Part shown: in pieces, positions 51,550 to 64,000 of the stretch
Numbering within the stretch: position 1 is the first letter of the stretch
Layout: every line of letters begins with the position of its first letter
Source: Antedon mediterranea
Lineage: Eukaryota > Animalia > Echinodermata
Assembly (NCBI RefSeq): GCF_964355755.1
Contig: NC_092671.1
Coordinates: 3,100,001-3,164,000 of the forward strand
DNA length: 64,000 nt
Direction: 5' to 3'
The notes under the pieces: generated by a model
Told to the model about the DNA's origin: nothing
What the model saw: the letters and a program-made list of their open reading frames with translations, nothing else
Database searches by the model: none
Translations under genes and position numbers: made by a program

Positions 51550-51698
51550 AGCTCTGTCTACACTATCAAACTAGTGTGATTTGCCTAAATATGGTAGTAA
51601 TGTTCCAGATATGGTACTGTAGTGGTATGACATCATCATGTCCATGGGCACATCACATTTTGTTGTCACACAAAGTTTTATACAATGTAGATAGAGCT
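51550..51698. mobile_element. Harbinger-type MITE family A in the ACOT 3' UTR
   Basis: TTA TSD on both sides; starts 44 nt after the stop codon. Confidence 0.85.
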
Positions 51699-52489
51699 TT
51701 AGTATAGGTATACTCCTAGCCTTTTCTATCTAGTATTTGTGAACAAAAAGTCTGCCACAGTTTGGAGTAACGTCAAACTAGGCTGCCATTTTGAATGTCT
51801 TTAAACTGTTATTTGATTGGCTGATTTGTTACAAACTTTAAGCCTCTTATTTTTTTAAAGAGGACTAAATTTAGTCCTGGACAAAACCTACGATTTAGCT
51901 ATCTTAGAACTGTGTTCTTTAATTAAGGACTAAAGTTGTGCTAACATTTTCAATAGATAGTGTTTTAATAGAATAAAAGAAATAAGAATGCTACTGTATT
52001 TAACTACATTTAAATGTTTATTGAATGACAAAGTTTCAATGCTAACTACAATGCAAATTTATTTTCAGTAAAAAGAGAAACAAAAAAGGTATATAAGAAT
52101 ATTATGAATAAATATATTGAAATATAATTGTTGTTTCTAGCTTTCGTTTCAAGTTGTTTTGAGCTATATATATCGTGGAACAGATTTCCTTAATAACTAA
52201 TTTTAGCAATTGCTTCTTCATAATTGATTAATATTAAATTGAATTGATCATAATGCAATGGGGTACACAGGACAGATAAGAGAAATTAGTTATTTGAGAA
52301 CACATAACAGAAGCATTTCAGTTTCGGAAAAAAAGAGTATTATCTATATAACTAAAAATATGAAAGATGTGTTCTAACACGTCTTTCTATCTAAAACGAA
52401 TTTAAAAGTCAATTCCGAAGTTTGAAGATTAATACAGAATTAATAAAGTTATTTAAAAACTTTTTCCTACCAATAGAGGGCGTCCGTTC

Positions 52490-52658
52490 AAAAACACAAG
52501 CGACACGTCTCACAGGAATTGCTGAACGTGAGGTTGTTGGAGGCTGATGTAGTCTTTATATTTTCTTTGCTAAAATCATAACATCTAACTTTTATTACTG
52601 AAGAGAACGGGTATTCTATGTTTGTAAATGTGTTGTAGGCACTGAATGGCATTTCAAG
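52490..52658 (+). other. Probable non-coding first exon of the MGAT1-like gene
   Basis: CpG-richer segment ending AAG|GTAATT; followed by the same AGGCCT-rich intron signature seen after the ACOT first exon. Confidence 0.4.
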
Positions 52659-53973
52659 GTAATTAGATTAAGATTTGGTGTTTAAATGTAACGTTTTGTA
52701 ACTGCCATTCTAAGCCTAGTGTAGGGACAACGGATACGGCTTGTCGACGGGCAAATCACATTAACGCCGTGATGAACAGTGAAGGTTTACTATAAATGAT
52801 GGGCTAGCCGGCATCCGGCGTCTAGACTATAACAATATACTGTACCAAGCTATTCAGTACATTTTTAATTTATTTTTCCCACTGCTATAGTGCTATCATA
52901 ATAAATTTGAAAAAAAATAAAATAAATTTAACAACAGCCAGCACTAACTAAAAAAAAAGGACTTGGCCTGATGATACTTTAGGCAGCAGGACCTGACTGG
53001 GCCTACAGTAACCAGCTAGCTAGGCCTAGTAGTTAGTAGTAGGCCAGTATTAGTTAACATTCAAGAATTGACTGTTGTAAATAGTATATAGTTGGCTTTA
53101 ATGTTTTATATTAATTTTTAAAGTCAATAATTATTGTTTTTCTCTTTTTAAATTACTCTTTTCATATAATTTTGAGAGAATTTGTTTGCGTGAATCTAAC
53201 ATTTTAGCAGAGAAAAAACAGTTAGAGCTACCCTTTCCACTACAATAAAATAAAAAAATAAAATAAAATACAGCAAGCTTCAATCAATATTTCAAGAGCT
53301 TTTTGATTTGCTTAAGCACATTGCTCTGCTCATGAACATGTGACATCTCATTTCCAGAGCTCCGATGGTTTGTGTAATTTGTTTGCTTTATAAAAAGTAA
53401 AAACTGTTTGCACTACTAATTTTTGCTGGAGCGAAAAAAACAATAAGGAACATGATTTAAAAGATGGAAACGTTAATATGCATTGCATACTGTATATTAC
53501 AGTAAAGCTAACACAGGTCGATTTGCGCGAACAAATTAGTGGAAACGGGCCTTATGTCGTCTACTTTTTTAATGAAAGAAACGGTTTTAAAATTGAATTG
53601 TGTGAAATTGGGAAGTACTTTGTTGATGTTAGTCTTTCCTAATCATATTATATTTCAATTTACCTGAGATAATGGCTTGTATTAAGTTTCATATTGATTT
53701 TTAACACTATTCAAAGTAAAGCTTCCATTAAAGGTGTGATTATCATTAGTATTACAGGATTGTAGTATCATTTAATATCATCATGTCATCATCAAAGTAA
53801 TGCAGTGGTGGTGCCAGGGTCTGCCCTGACTGGGGTTCCCACACTGTGTGCTTGATTTGATAAGAATAAATACAAAAAAAGTCAATATCTGCAGTACTGT
53901 AACAACAGCTGTAAATACAGTACTGTAAAGTAGTACGTATATTTGACCACCAAACATATTAATATATGACTGA

Positions 53974-54540
53974 GTGAGTGATGAAAGTGACATCAAACGT
54001 CAATATCGATCTATTTGCATTAGGGCCAACTCTCTAAATAGAAAGTTTGGAAAATGTTCTACTAAGACTAAATGTTATCTATTTAAGAGTTACTGTGTCA
54101 GCATGTACTGTTCAACCTTATGGTGTAGATATAATAAGAGCACTCTGAGATCACTGAAAGTATGTTATAACAATGCCTTACGTTTGCTGCTGAAGCAGCC
54201 TAGATATTGTAGTGCAAGCATGATGTTTGTCTTAAATGACGTCCCATCCTTTGATGAGTTCATTAGAAAATCTGTTTTTAGTTTTAAAAATCGTGTGAAC
54301 GCAAGTAGTAATTCCTTGATCATGGCCATTAATCGCCACGTTCTTAATGTGTCAAGAATGCACATACAATGGAATGCTTTGTTGCATTGACTTTATATAT
54401 TTACATATCTTTGTTTTTGTTCTACCTGTATGAGCTGTTAGATTAAGATTTTTTTTTTCTCTCTTTTGCTATGGATATAATATTATGTCACCATGATATT
54501 CCGAAATAAAAAGATAAATGAAATGAATGAAATGATTGAT
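53974..54540 (+). mobile_element. 5'-truncated LINE (L2/CR1 group) 3' fragment
   Basis: 138-aa RT C-terminal-like ORF (K.YLFKSYC.SMYCSTLW, KVCYNNALRLLL), 3' UTR, then AATAAA and (GAAAT/GAAT)n tail. Confidence 0.8.
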
Positions 54541-55275
54541 AGACACATCATGGACAGTTACTGTAGTTGTCTGTCATACTGTTAAATTACTAGTCTTTTC
54601 TAGTTCCTTTTGAAAATAGTAGAATATTACTTTACTGACATACTTAACATTCAAACCTTTAGGCCTACAGTAGTATCTATTGTAATTCAAAACATGTTTA
54701 TTGAATTAAGATTTTAATAACCCCTAACAATGAATGATCAAGAATTAATTTTAATAATGAAATGAATATTTATACATGAGTCGATGAATTTCCATAAATT
54801 ACTGGATGAATACAGTACAAAATTGATGAAAAAGTGATTTTGTTTAAACTGACACTGCGACAGTCATCATTAAGTATTTTAATCGAATCGTAAACCTGGA
54901 TTTGTTAACACCGACTGCGATAAAGAGAATAATTGGAAAGTGTATCATAATTTTAACAACAGTTGTAGGGTCAAGGCAATTCTCAGCATGTATCAGAATA
55001 AATTGAATTAAAATATTATGAATGTTATAATATAATAATCATATGGGGTATTAAAACATGATAATAGCTGTACAGTACTGTAGTAGTTACGATCTGTATT
55101 AAGAGTGTTAAATTTACAATAATTGGACCGATTTACCTTTAAACTAGTCTTCCAAAATTTTGAGTCATCTCATGCTCTCCTGCTAATAATAACTTACAAT
55201 TTCTTATTCTTAATATCCCAACAATTTCTACTAAATCTAGAGAATAACATATCGGTGTAAGATGTTTATAACTAA

Positions 55276-56083
55276 GGGCCTGTTTCTGCTGCAACTGCTC
55301 AAAATACGGTATAAAAATACGGTATAAAATACGGTATTTTTTATACCGTATTTTTTAGTACCCCGTTTCTGCTAACAATACTTCTTGGGTGGTCGTGTTA
55401 AATTTCATCTTTTTTACCCATTGCCATTCATTTATTTGGTCGATAATTAAAAGTCGCAATAAAGGAAGTTTTACGTCTCACTTTCAACAGCCTAGCCCTA
55501 GTGATAGAGATGTTGTGAGAGCACAGAAAACATCGTAATGGGGACAATTAATTCGTTCCCTCTCCGAGTTATTGTATTTTGCAATGTTGTACTGCTTTCG
55601 CAGGCTCTTCAGCTTTGAGTTTACTTGCTTAGTCTATTCCATACTCCTGCTTTATTTTTTTTTTAAATGTCTTTATAAATGTGGTTGTCCCTTTTATTAG
55701 TTGGCCAGACATTTTAGCTTCCCCACACACATTTATTTAGTAAAACTGTGACGTCTTCGCTCCACATTTTCGCCGAATATATCTATACACGTGTGTAAAG
55801 CAGCTGACAGTGACAGAAAATAAAAACATGAATGTTGACCTTTTGTCATGTAAAAAAAAAATACGGTATTTTTTATTGGCAGCAGAAACGGGTACAAAAA
55901 ATACGGTATAAATTTGTAAATACCGTATTTTATCCACAAATTTTGTGGGGAAAATACGGTATACAAAATACGGTATATTTTTTATGAGCGCAGTTTCTGC
56001 TGCCAAAAATATACCGTATATATACGGTATTCAAAAAATACCGTATAATATACGGTATTTAGTTGGCAGCAGAAACAGGGCCC
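55276..56083. mobile_element. ~810-bp non-autonomous Harbinger-like element with subterminal AAAATACGGTAT arrays
   Basis: GGGCCTGTTTCTGCTGCAACT...AGTTGGCAGCAGAAACAGGGCCC; many ATACGGTAT/ATACCGTAT copies at both ends; TAA on the left, right TSD not matched. Confidence 0.8.
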
Positions 56084-57399
56084 ATTTCATGCATTGTTAT
56101 GAATGTAAAATGAACTGTTGCAACCCATACTGTATTTATTTTTTTAATAATTGTCATCTACTGTTCACACAACACAAAGTAAACGAAGAGGTCGGAAGAT
56201 ACCATCAGTACTTGATAGAGTTGTACAACAAAGTCAACTTACTAGATGCAACTTCATTAGAGCCTGCTTCAACAGAAATTTATAATTCCCAGCAATGTTT
56301 TAACTGTATATATGAACTGTTTTATAAGTTGTTTTGTGACTGTGTAATTTGGTAGTAGTCACTCTCATACTGTAGGCCTACATTTAAAAATAACACATCC
56401 AAATGCCAACTTCAAGTCAATGGCTACCAGATGTCTCTGTGAGACGGTTATTTGAACCAGTACCAGTTACATGGTTTGATCTATTAATTATACAGTAGCA
56501 TCCTTTCACAAAACGCAAATAGTTTGACCAATCGAAACCGATCATGAATTGCATTTATGTGGACCTAAGTTTATTTTTCAAAATACACATACTGTACTAT
56601 AGATGTATTGCATGAATGTGAAAATGTGTCTTCAATTGGACATAACATTCATGTACACAGGCCACTTTAGTGTTGAAACCGATTTTGTTAAACTAATAAA
56701 ATTGAACACTTTAGTTAAATTGCTTGTGACAGACAGTTTGCGAATCAACGATTTATTAATATTTTCAGAGAAGCGCAGCAATTCAAAAAACAAAGCGATT
56801 ATTGCATTGTAATTGTGGCCTTTTGTCCGAGTGATAAGAGCAGAAATCAAGTAATAAACGATTTTACTACCTTTTCTCACATGGCATTCAAAATTCAGGG
56901 CAAATGTGCGTAGCAGTACTTTAAGTGCTATAATCTGTAATGAAGTTTTTTTTTCACAGCGAGAAATAATTTCTTACTGCTTGTCGTTCTGAAAGAAAAA
57001 CCATAACTCTAATGAATCAAATTTAGTAGGTGACCTATTGAAATTCTTCAGAGATAAATAAAAATATATTTTGATAATTTAAAAATTTGTGATATCATCA
57101 GTGGGTACGATCGTTGATGACATTGGGACCTGATGGAATTCAAGCTCAATAATTCAGGCAGAGGAATTCTCCATTGGATTATATTATGTATGCCGCCAAA
57201 TCTCAGAAGAGTAGTAACTTTGTTTGAATTTTAAACGTTGCATAATTGTGAACGTAGCTTTTTCAAATGAATACTGAATACAGTCATAAAGACTAAAATC
57301 ATTGTTTATTGAATATATTGAAATTTGAAATTTCTATTTAGTAAAAAAAATTAACTTCTTGATGGTTTTGATTGGTTGTCATGGTCAACCACTGACCAT

Positions 57400-57650
57400 A
57401 TCTTCAGGATTGTCCAACAGTCACCATAGATTGTCCAGCAGTCTCCAGGATTGTCCAAGAGTCTTCAGGATTGTCCAGGGGTCACCAAGATTTATTGTTC
57501 AGGAATCACCAGAATTAACCAAGAGTCTCCCTAGGATTGTCCAGAAGTCTTTAGAATTGTCCAACAGTCACCATGGATTGTCTAGAAATCTTAAGAATTA
57601 TTTAGTAGGACTCTCTATAATTGTCGAGGGTCGCTAGAATTGTGTAGGAA
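57400..57650. repeat. Degenerate ~21-bp minisatellite (CAGGATTGTCCA...)
   Basis: About 10 diverged units. Confidence 0.75.
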
Positions 57651-58218
57651 TCTGTGCTTGGGATTGTCGTCTTTGTTTTGAATTTTCCATGCATTTGCCA
57701 AGGGTAATTGCACTTTAAACTTTAAAAATCCTCATCTAAATTTACCAACTTATATCATCCAGTTATTGAACACAATAATTGTGTTATTGTTGACTTCGTT
57801 CCTGCGCGCATGTTTATTTATAAGACAGTTGTTTAAACAACATTTGCAAGATAAAAGATACACATGCAGTTATTTGCGTATTAGTTTGTGTTGCAACTTG
57901 GATTACACTTTGCTATTAAAAAATATTAATTAAAAACTGAACAACAGACTGGATCAATATGTAGGTCTGGACATGCATTGCACTAGGGGATTGTGATGAT
58001 GATATGACAGTCCCAATAGTCCTTAGTGCTTTAGTAGAGTGGTTTTAGGTTACTTTGGGATCTACTTTAATATAGGAAGGGTTCAATTTTGGGACAACTT
58101 GGACTTTGGAATGAGTACTGTAAAGCTTGTTTTTCACCAGGCAAATTTAGTTGTGGGAGTCTAAATTTGTTGCAGAGAAAAATACATACTACCCTTTCCA
58201 CTACAAGAACAAAAAGCT

Positions 58219-58387
58219 ACGATTTTTAGTTCTACTGTATCTCTACTGAGCTTTACAATTCGCATGATTGCTCATGATTGCGATTTTTAGTTCTACTGCA
58301 TCTCTACTGAGCTTTACAATTCGCATGATTGTGATTTTTAGTTCTACTGCATCTCTACTGAGCTTTACAATTCGCATGATTGCTCAT
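58219..58387. repeat. Three ~50-60 bp tandem copies inside a MITE-like relic also present at 53229-53553
   Basis: GATTTTTAGTTCTACTG(C/T)ATCTCTACTGAGCTTTACAATTCGCATGATTG x3; both loci begin TACCCTTTCCACTACAA. Confidence 0.8.
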
Positions 58388-59782
58388 GAACGCAGCGTAA
58401 CTCATTTCCTGAGCTCTGATTGGTTGCAAAATATTTTGCTTCACAAAAGTAAAATTCAAACTACTTCAAACTAGTATAATTTGTTTTATTTTATTTAAAT
58501 AAAAGTAATTCACATTGAGGATTATATCACAATTCACTAAAAGCCTCAATTATTATTAATATTCAAACTTTATTTAAGTTTATTTTCCATAAATAGCTTA
58601 TCATATTTGTTAGAATTTTTCTTTCATATCAAAATTCCTTCTTATTGTTTCAAATAAATTCTGTTTAAAATTTCAAAAAATATTATTTCTTAAAAAGGCA
58701 CTTGAGTTGCGTCCTACTTATAAAGATCGGTTTAAGCCTTTGAAAGTGTTTTGTATTTTTCCTTTATAATATTTGTAGCCACGAGTATCAGTCAAACCAA
58801 GCATTGTTGTATTATCAATGTATTATTGAAAAGTTTAAAGTAACGCTATACTCTACATTAATGATACTTTATCACTAATAACAATTTATAGTAGTTTTGC
58901 TTTTAAAAAATCAAATTTGTACTCACAGAATTAAGAAATATGATATTAAAATTTAGAAATGTAACTGTACATCTTATACTGCCATATTTGTTAAAAAATA
59001 CTATTGGAATTTAAAAACATAAAACTCATAAATTTAAACACAAAATAAAATTCAGTTACAGTTTTGATATTATATACATTATTGTATATTGTTGCGATAA
59101 ACATGGAATTTTCCCAGTAAATAAATTTATCTTAACAACTCGTAATTTGTGTTAAAGTTTTAAAAAAATGAAGTGGTACAGTAGAACTAAACCAGCTTTT
59201 ATTAAAAAAAATATAAGATAGTATTAAAATTAATTATATAGATGACCTAGTTCAATTAAATGAAAACAGATCACTTTACTTTATACAACTAATTAATAGG
59301 ACAGTTCAATTTTTTTTCCGAGAAAAGTAATTTTGTTTGATAGTTTTTAGTAGAGGAAGCTAAATACATTCTTTCAAACACATTTAATGCATTTTGTAAT
59401 TGATACATTAATACAAAATAAGAAACTTTTTTCCTACAAGCATGGCTAACAAACATGTGGTATACATTTTGAAGAAAATAAAATTTCAGAATAACATTTC
59501 CTCTCGGTCTGAATATGGACGAAAAACATTGTGTATTGTCTTAAATTCTTTCCATCTGTAATGTATGTCCAGATATATTTTATCCCAAAATACTACATAG
59601 AGTAGAAAAAGTCACCAAAACCAAGTTTCATTTTTTAAAATGTGAAATAATTCAAACATTTATCTATCATTGTGCATTAAATTAAATACAAAAAATAAAC
59701 AGAAAAATTATTTTGCGTCCAGTAAAATTATGTTTTGTGGAGATATACCTACATTCAAGGTTTTGACAAAATAGAAGCCTAA

Positions 59783-59968
59783 AGCTCTGTCTACACTATC
59801 AAACTAGTTTGACATGTAATGTGGACATGGTGATGTAATATCACTGCCATATTTGGGCATATCACTGCCATATTTGGGCATATCACTAACATATTTGGGC
59901 ATATCACTACCATATTTGGGCACATCACACTTTTTTAGTCAAACTAGTTTGATAGTGTAGATAGAGCT
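59783..59968. mobile_element. Harbinger-type MITE family A
   Basis: ~30-bp near-perfect TIRs; four internal 21-bp units. Confidence 0.85.
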
Positions 59969-61138
59969 TTCTGTACAGTAGTTGTATTTGTCAAAGAGCT
60001 TAAGTGCATACCTACTGTACTGTACTGTACAGTATACCTGACTTGAACCATACAAATAAATGTGCGAGTATACAGTAATTACATATCTAATCTAGAAGCC
60101 TTTCAACTTATTAGATACTCTAGGTATATTTATAGTGATCTCTCTAGTAGCGTTATTACTTATCCTTGAGGTGATAGTACATTACCTATGCGTATTAAGT
60201 ACACAAAGTGTTTTCGCTTCATCGTTTGGTTTCCCAAGTTTACGGCTGATATAAATGGAAAGATCAAGGATCTTGCATTGCTATGGGGATAACAATAATA
60301 GACTTTATTTGTATATTCTAGAGCTCCATAGTAATTGTAACAGAATTTTTAATAAGAAATTATAATTTGACGGATAGAAAATGTATATTTCTTTTACATT
60401 TTGTTATAGTGTACAAAACTATATTTTATTGTATAGTATTGTATACAGTAAAACCCCTATTTAGGGGTCACAATCAGGACCCAAAACACTGTGACTCACG
60501 TCACACTGTCCCCTGAATTGGGGCTGTCCCCTGAATAATAGAGATTATTGCTACATGACAATTGTACAATATTGCATTGCTGCTGTGTGTCTATTTCTTG
60601 GATTCTATCAGAAAAAAAACTTTTAAGTTTTTAATACATAGTGTACAGTATTACGGTATATAAATATACCTTGTCATATTATGTGAACATGTATTAAATA
60701 CAAAAACATTTTCTATAAAAAATTATGTCTTATTAGGATTATTTATTCATGATGATTTTTTTTTGCCCTGAAGTAAAACGAAATTAGTGTCAATTAGAAT
60801 AAAATCAGATAGAATGCAGCATAATTTAATAGATTCATACTGCAAACATGCAATACAAGATGATACTACTGTATTAATGATGATGAATGCTAACGAATCG
60901 TGTACTATTTCGTAAATTTTGCCAAACTTTAAAACTCATAATTGCCATTGGCTGCCACATGTGATATGACATATGATCTTGTTTTATTCATTACGAGAAC
61001 TAGAACTGAAAATTATTTGAATAAATGGTTTAAATTTTTAAAATCGTACATTCACAGTGCATCTGATGTTTGAAGTAGAAACTGTTTGTAGTACATTTCT
61101 ACAGTACTGTAGATTTTAAGAACGCAACACTAAAATAT

Positions 61139-61409
61139 AGTACAGAACCCCTCTTCTGGTACACTCGCCCCTATTTAAGGGACACCTCTATAAATGGGAT
61201 ATTCATTCATATGAATGCCCTCTTCAGGGAATACCTATTAATGGAGCATTCATTCATACAGATGCCCTATTCAAGGGACACCTACAGTATAAATAGGGCA
61301 TTTTCACATGAAAAAAATGAAGGGAACTATATGTTTTAATACTACATCCACCTTTTATTTAAGGGGACATTTTGCTGGGTCTTTGAGGTGTACAGTAGGA
61401 GTTCTATTG
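61139..61409. mobile_element. Tc1/mariner-type MITE (degenerate)
   Basis: AGAACCCCTC...CCCCTATTTAAGGGACACCT repeats...GGAGTTCTATTG. Confidence 0.55.
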
Positions 61410-61574
61410 TTGTATTATTGAGAATGATCTGTCTGAAGAAATGTCCAGCCAGATAAAAAATGAGCAAATTGGGATTATTGTAAAGAATGAAAACGTTCAC
61501 AGCAAATCCATCTGGATTTGTGCGATGTGAATTCAGTGACCGATAAATAGTTTATTTTACAGCCTCCATTTTTG

Positions 61575-61886
61575 TCTGGTCAATGCACCAGATCCAGGCC
61601 TTGTGTGAATGCACCTGATCAAGGCCTTGTGTGAACACAGCTTTATTATTGAATCAATAGTCTACTGCTTTTGGTGTGAACACACCTGATATGGGCCTGG
61701 TGTGAACACAGGTTTGGTGTTGAATCAATAATCTACTGTATTTAGTGTGAACACACATGATATGGGCCTTGTGTGAACACAGGTTTAGTGTTGAATCAAG
61801 TCTACTGTTTTTGGTGTGAACACGCCTGATATGGGCCTGGTGTGAACACAGGTTTGGTGTTTAATCAATAGTCTACTGTTTTTGGT
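61575..61886. repeat. ~70-bp tandem repeat containing TGTGAACAC motifs
   Basis: About 4-5 units GGTGTGAACACACCTGATATGGGCCTGGTGTGAACACAGGTTT...GAATCAATAGTCTACTG. Confidence 0.85.
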
Positions 61887-62246
61887 ATGAGTTTCCTTGC
61901 AATGGAGAGGAAGACAGATGTATAACAATATTATCCATACAGAACTTGGTTTTTACAATATTTTTTATCGTACTGTATCAGATAAATCTGTGATAAAGAC
62001 TTTCATCATCTTTTTCCAATTTGATTATGACCAGGGACCGTCTATAAACATGTTTAGAAAATAAATTATTTGATTTTTGTTTAATAAACTTGTGTTGTTT
62101 GCTTGAATTTGATCGATTCATTTTTTCAATTTCAGGTGAAGTAGTATCATCGGGAGCATGAAGAATTATAGTATTTCATATCTTCAACATTCCACAAGTT
62201 ACAAAGGACAAAATCAATGACCCTTGACCTTCTTTATTATTTTATA

Positions 62247-62354
62247 ATGAAGAAACAAAGAACTTTTTTAACTGCCTGTGTTTTCCTATTTATATGCTGG
62301 AACCTAGGTGCATACTATGTTTTTGTGTATGGAACCAAACGAACCGAAACATTG
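62247..62354 (+). CDS. First coding exon of a type II Golgi membrane protein, probably MGAT1/GnT-I-like
   Basis: Exon 62136-62354 (TTTCAG acceptor, TG|GTAAGT donor) encodes MKKQRTFLTACVFLFICWNLGAYYVFVYGTKRTETL: a short basic tail plus a signal anchor with the F..WN pattern recalled from MGAT1 N-termini. The rest of the gene lies outside the window. Confidence 0.5.
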
Positions 62355-64000
62355 GTAAGTACTTAATGTAAATTGTTATATTTGAAATAAAAAACAAAAA
62401 TCCTTAAAAATTTGAAAAGCTGCCAAAAGCATAAATCTACGTTTAAATGCTAAGCCTGCCACCCTGTATATTTAAGCATCGTATCATCAATAAACCAATG
62501 CCTATCATCATTGACCCTCTCCATCCCGTTAATTCCCACATCATTCCGTCTGGTCTACAGTACGTAGAACTTCATACACATCTAGTAAGTCAAAAGTTTA
62601 ATTCTGTCCGTCTGTCAGTGTCAATACGATAAATACATGGATGGTGTCCAGAAATTATTATAATATTACTGTATTTCTATTAATGTCTAATAGTGTAGTT
62701 TGTTCGCGCCTGTTAGGCAGTTATAGTCCAGAGGACGGAATCTATACAAAACAATATCAACCCAGAAGCTATTACGAAGGCTGAAAAACTGGGAATTTGT
62801 AAACTCAGACATGTGCACACCCCAAATCACGTCTGGGAGAAGAGAGTCTACTGTATGAAAACATCTGATAATAATTTTCGGCACTTCAGTCGCATGAGAT
62901 TGAACGGCCCATGCACATTACATGAACTAAAGATGTAGCCAAATAGAACATTTCAGGCTATTTTATGTTATATTTGTATATTTTGGTATTTAATTTTTTA
63001 TTTAATACAAAGGATTTTGATTCAAAGTCATCCTATTTTAACCCCTAAAGATGAAAAACTATTAATTGCTATGTTATTGGCAAGAAATATTCATAACTCT
63101 AATAGTAAATTCCGATTCTCATTAAAATATTCTTCACAGATGAAAGATCAATGAATATCTTCTGAAACATGACAATATTTGAAAATGTTATGAAAATATT
63201 AATAGTAATTCAAGGTAATTTGAGATGATATTGTAAGGTGTTAAGATCAATAAAGTCACTGTGGCAGATAGTTAGTTTGACTTGAATGCTGACAGTGTGG
63301 CGACTTCTAATACCAAGCTAAATTTAATTCTTAGTATATCTTTTATAAAATCAAAGAAATGTTGAAATGTCGAAATATATTCTATTAAATACAAAAAACA
63401 GCAAAATGACATTTTGATTATCCTATCAAAACTTCATGTTTTTAAAGTTTTTTACTGCTTTATCTAATATCATGGTAGAGTCCATAGGCGACAAATTCCG
63501 GACCTAACGTTTTGTTTACTACTGAGTATGGGTTGATTGTCATATTGCTACTTGTTTTTTTTATAGGAAACCCCTCTCCCCCACCTCTTTATAAGGATGT
63601 TCTATGAATAGAGGTTGGCCATAGTGTTAAAACATATATTTCTCCTCATTTTTCTCACTCTCAGGAAAGTGTCCCCTTTCGGAGTGTCCCAAAAGGAGAG
63701 ATTTATTCAGTAGGCCCTATTGCAATCGGGGAGAGTGAAATTTCACTCTTACCTGATTGCAATTAATTAAAACTGGAATGATATCTCCAATCATTTTCAA
63801 CCTTATGGTTGATTTTGAATTTCATTTTTACACACTCTACTATACAGTACAGGTATATCCAATGTCATCCTGTAAAAAGATAAACAGTATTTGTCCAATA
63901 TTTTCTACTTTTGAAAAAAATTTGTTTATATTATTTGGGTTACATGTTATACTGTAAGTTTATAGCAAATAACATAATAGCTTATAAATTGTTAACTTTC

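Noticed and set aside
55733-56355. Overlapping ORFs in the ATACGGTAT region
   Set aside because: Fall in subterminal repeats of a non-autonomous element; no transposase motifs

Overview
AT-rich (about 30% GC by eye) intron-containing animal DNA, probably a marine invertebrate (echinoderm-like is only a guess); not prokaryotic, so most short ORFs in the track are noise. Four spliced genes can be rebuilt by hand from GT-AG boundaries with consistent phases. (1) A ZNF804/GPATCH8-family matrin-type zinc-finger gene (+, about 9690-34153) with an RS domain and a long Gly/Ala/Pro pentapeptide-repeat tail. (2) A Dispatched-family SSD/RND gene (-, 42898-36307), tail-to-tail with gene 1. (3) An ACOT/BAAT-type acyl-CoA thioesterase (+, 45798-51505), head-to-head with gene 2. 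(4) The 5' end of a probable MGAT1-like Golgi glycosyltransferase (+, coding from 62247). Between and within them lie many mobile elements: an Academ-like TIR element, a Helitron, Harbinger-, Tc1/mariner- and TTAA-type MITEs, two LINE 3' fragments, and 5S- and tRNA-derived SINEs. The most striking candidate novelty is a hidden array of 20-30 nt microexons in the ~19 kb first coding 'intron' of gene 1. Seven consecutive ones splice into a stop-free, frame-preserving 62-codon insert, and the region is rich in UGCAUG/ACUAAC splicing motifs. All gene models are manual inferences without RNA data.
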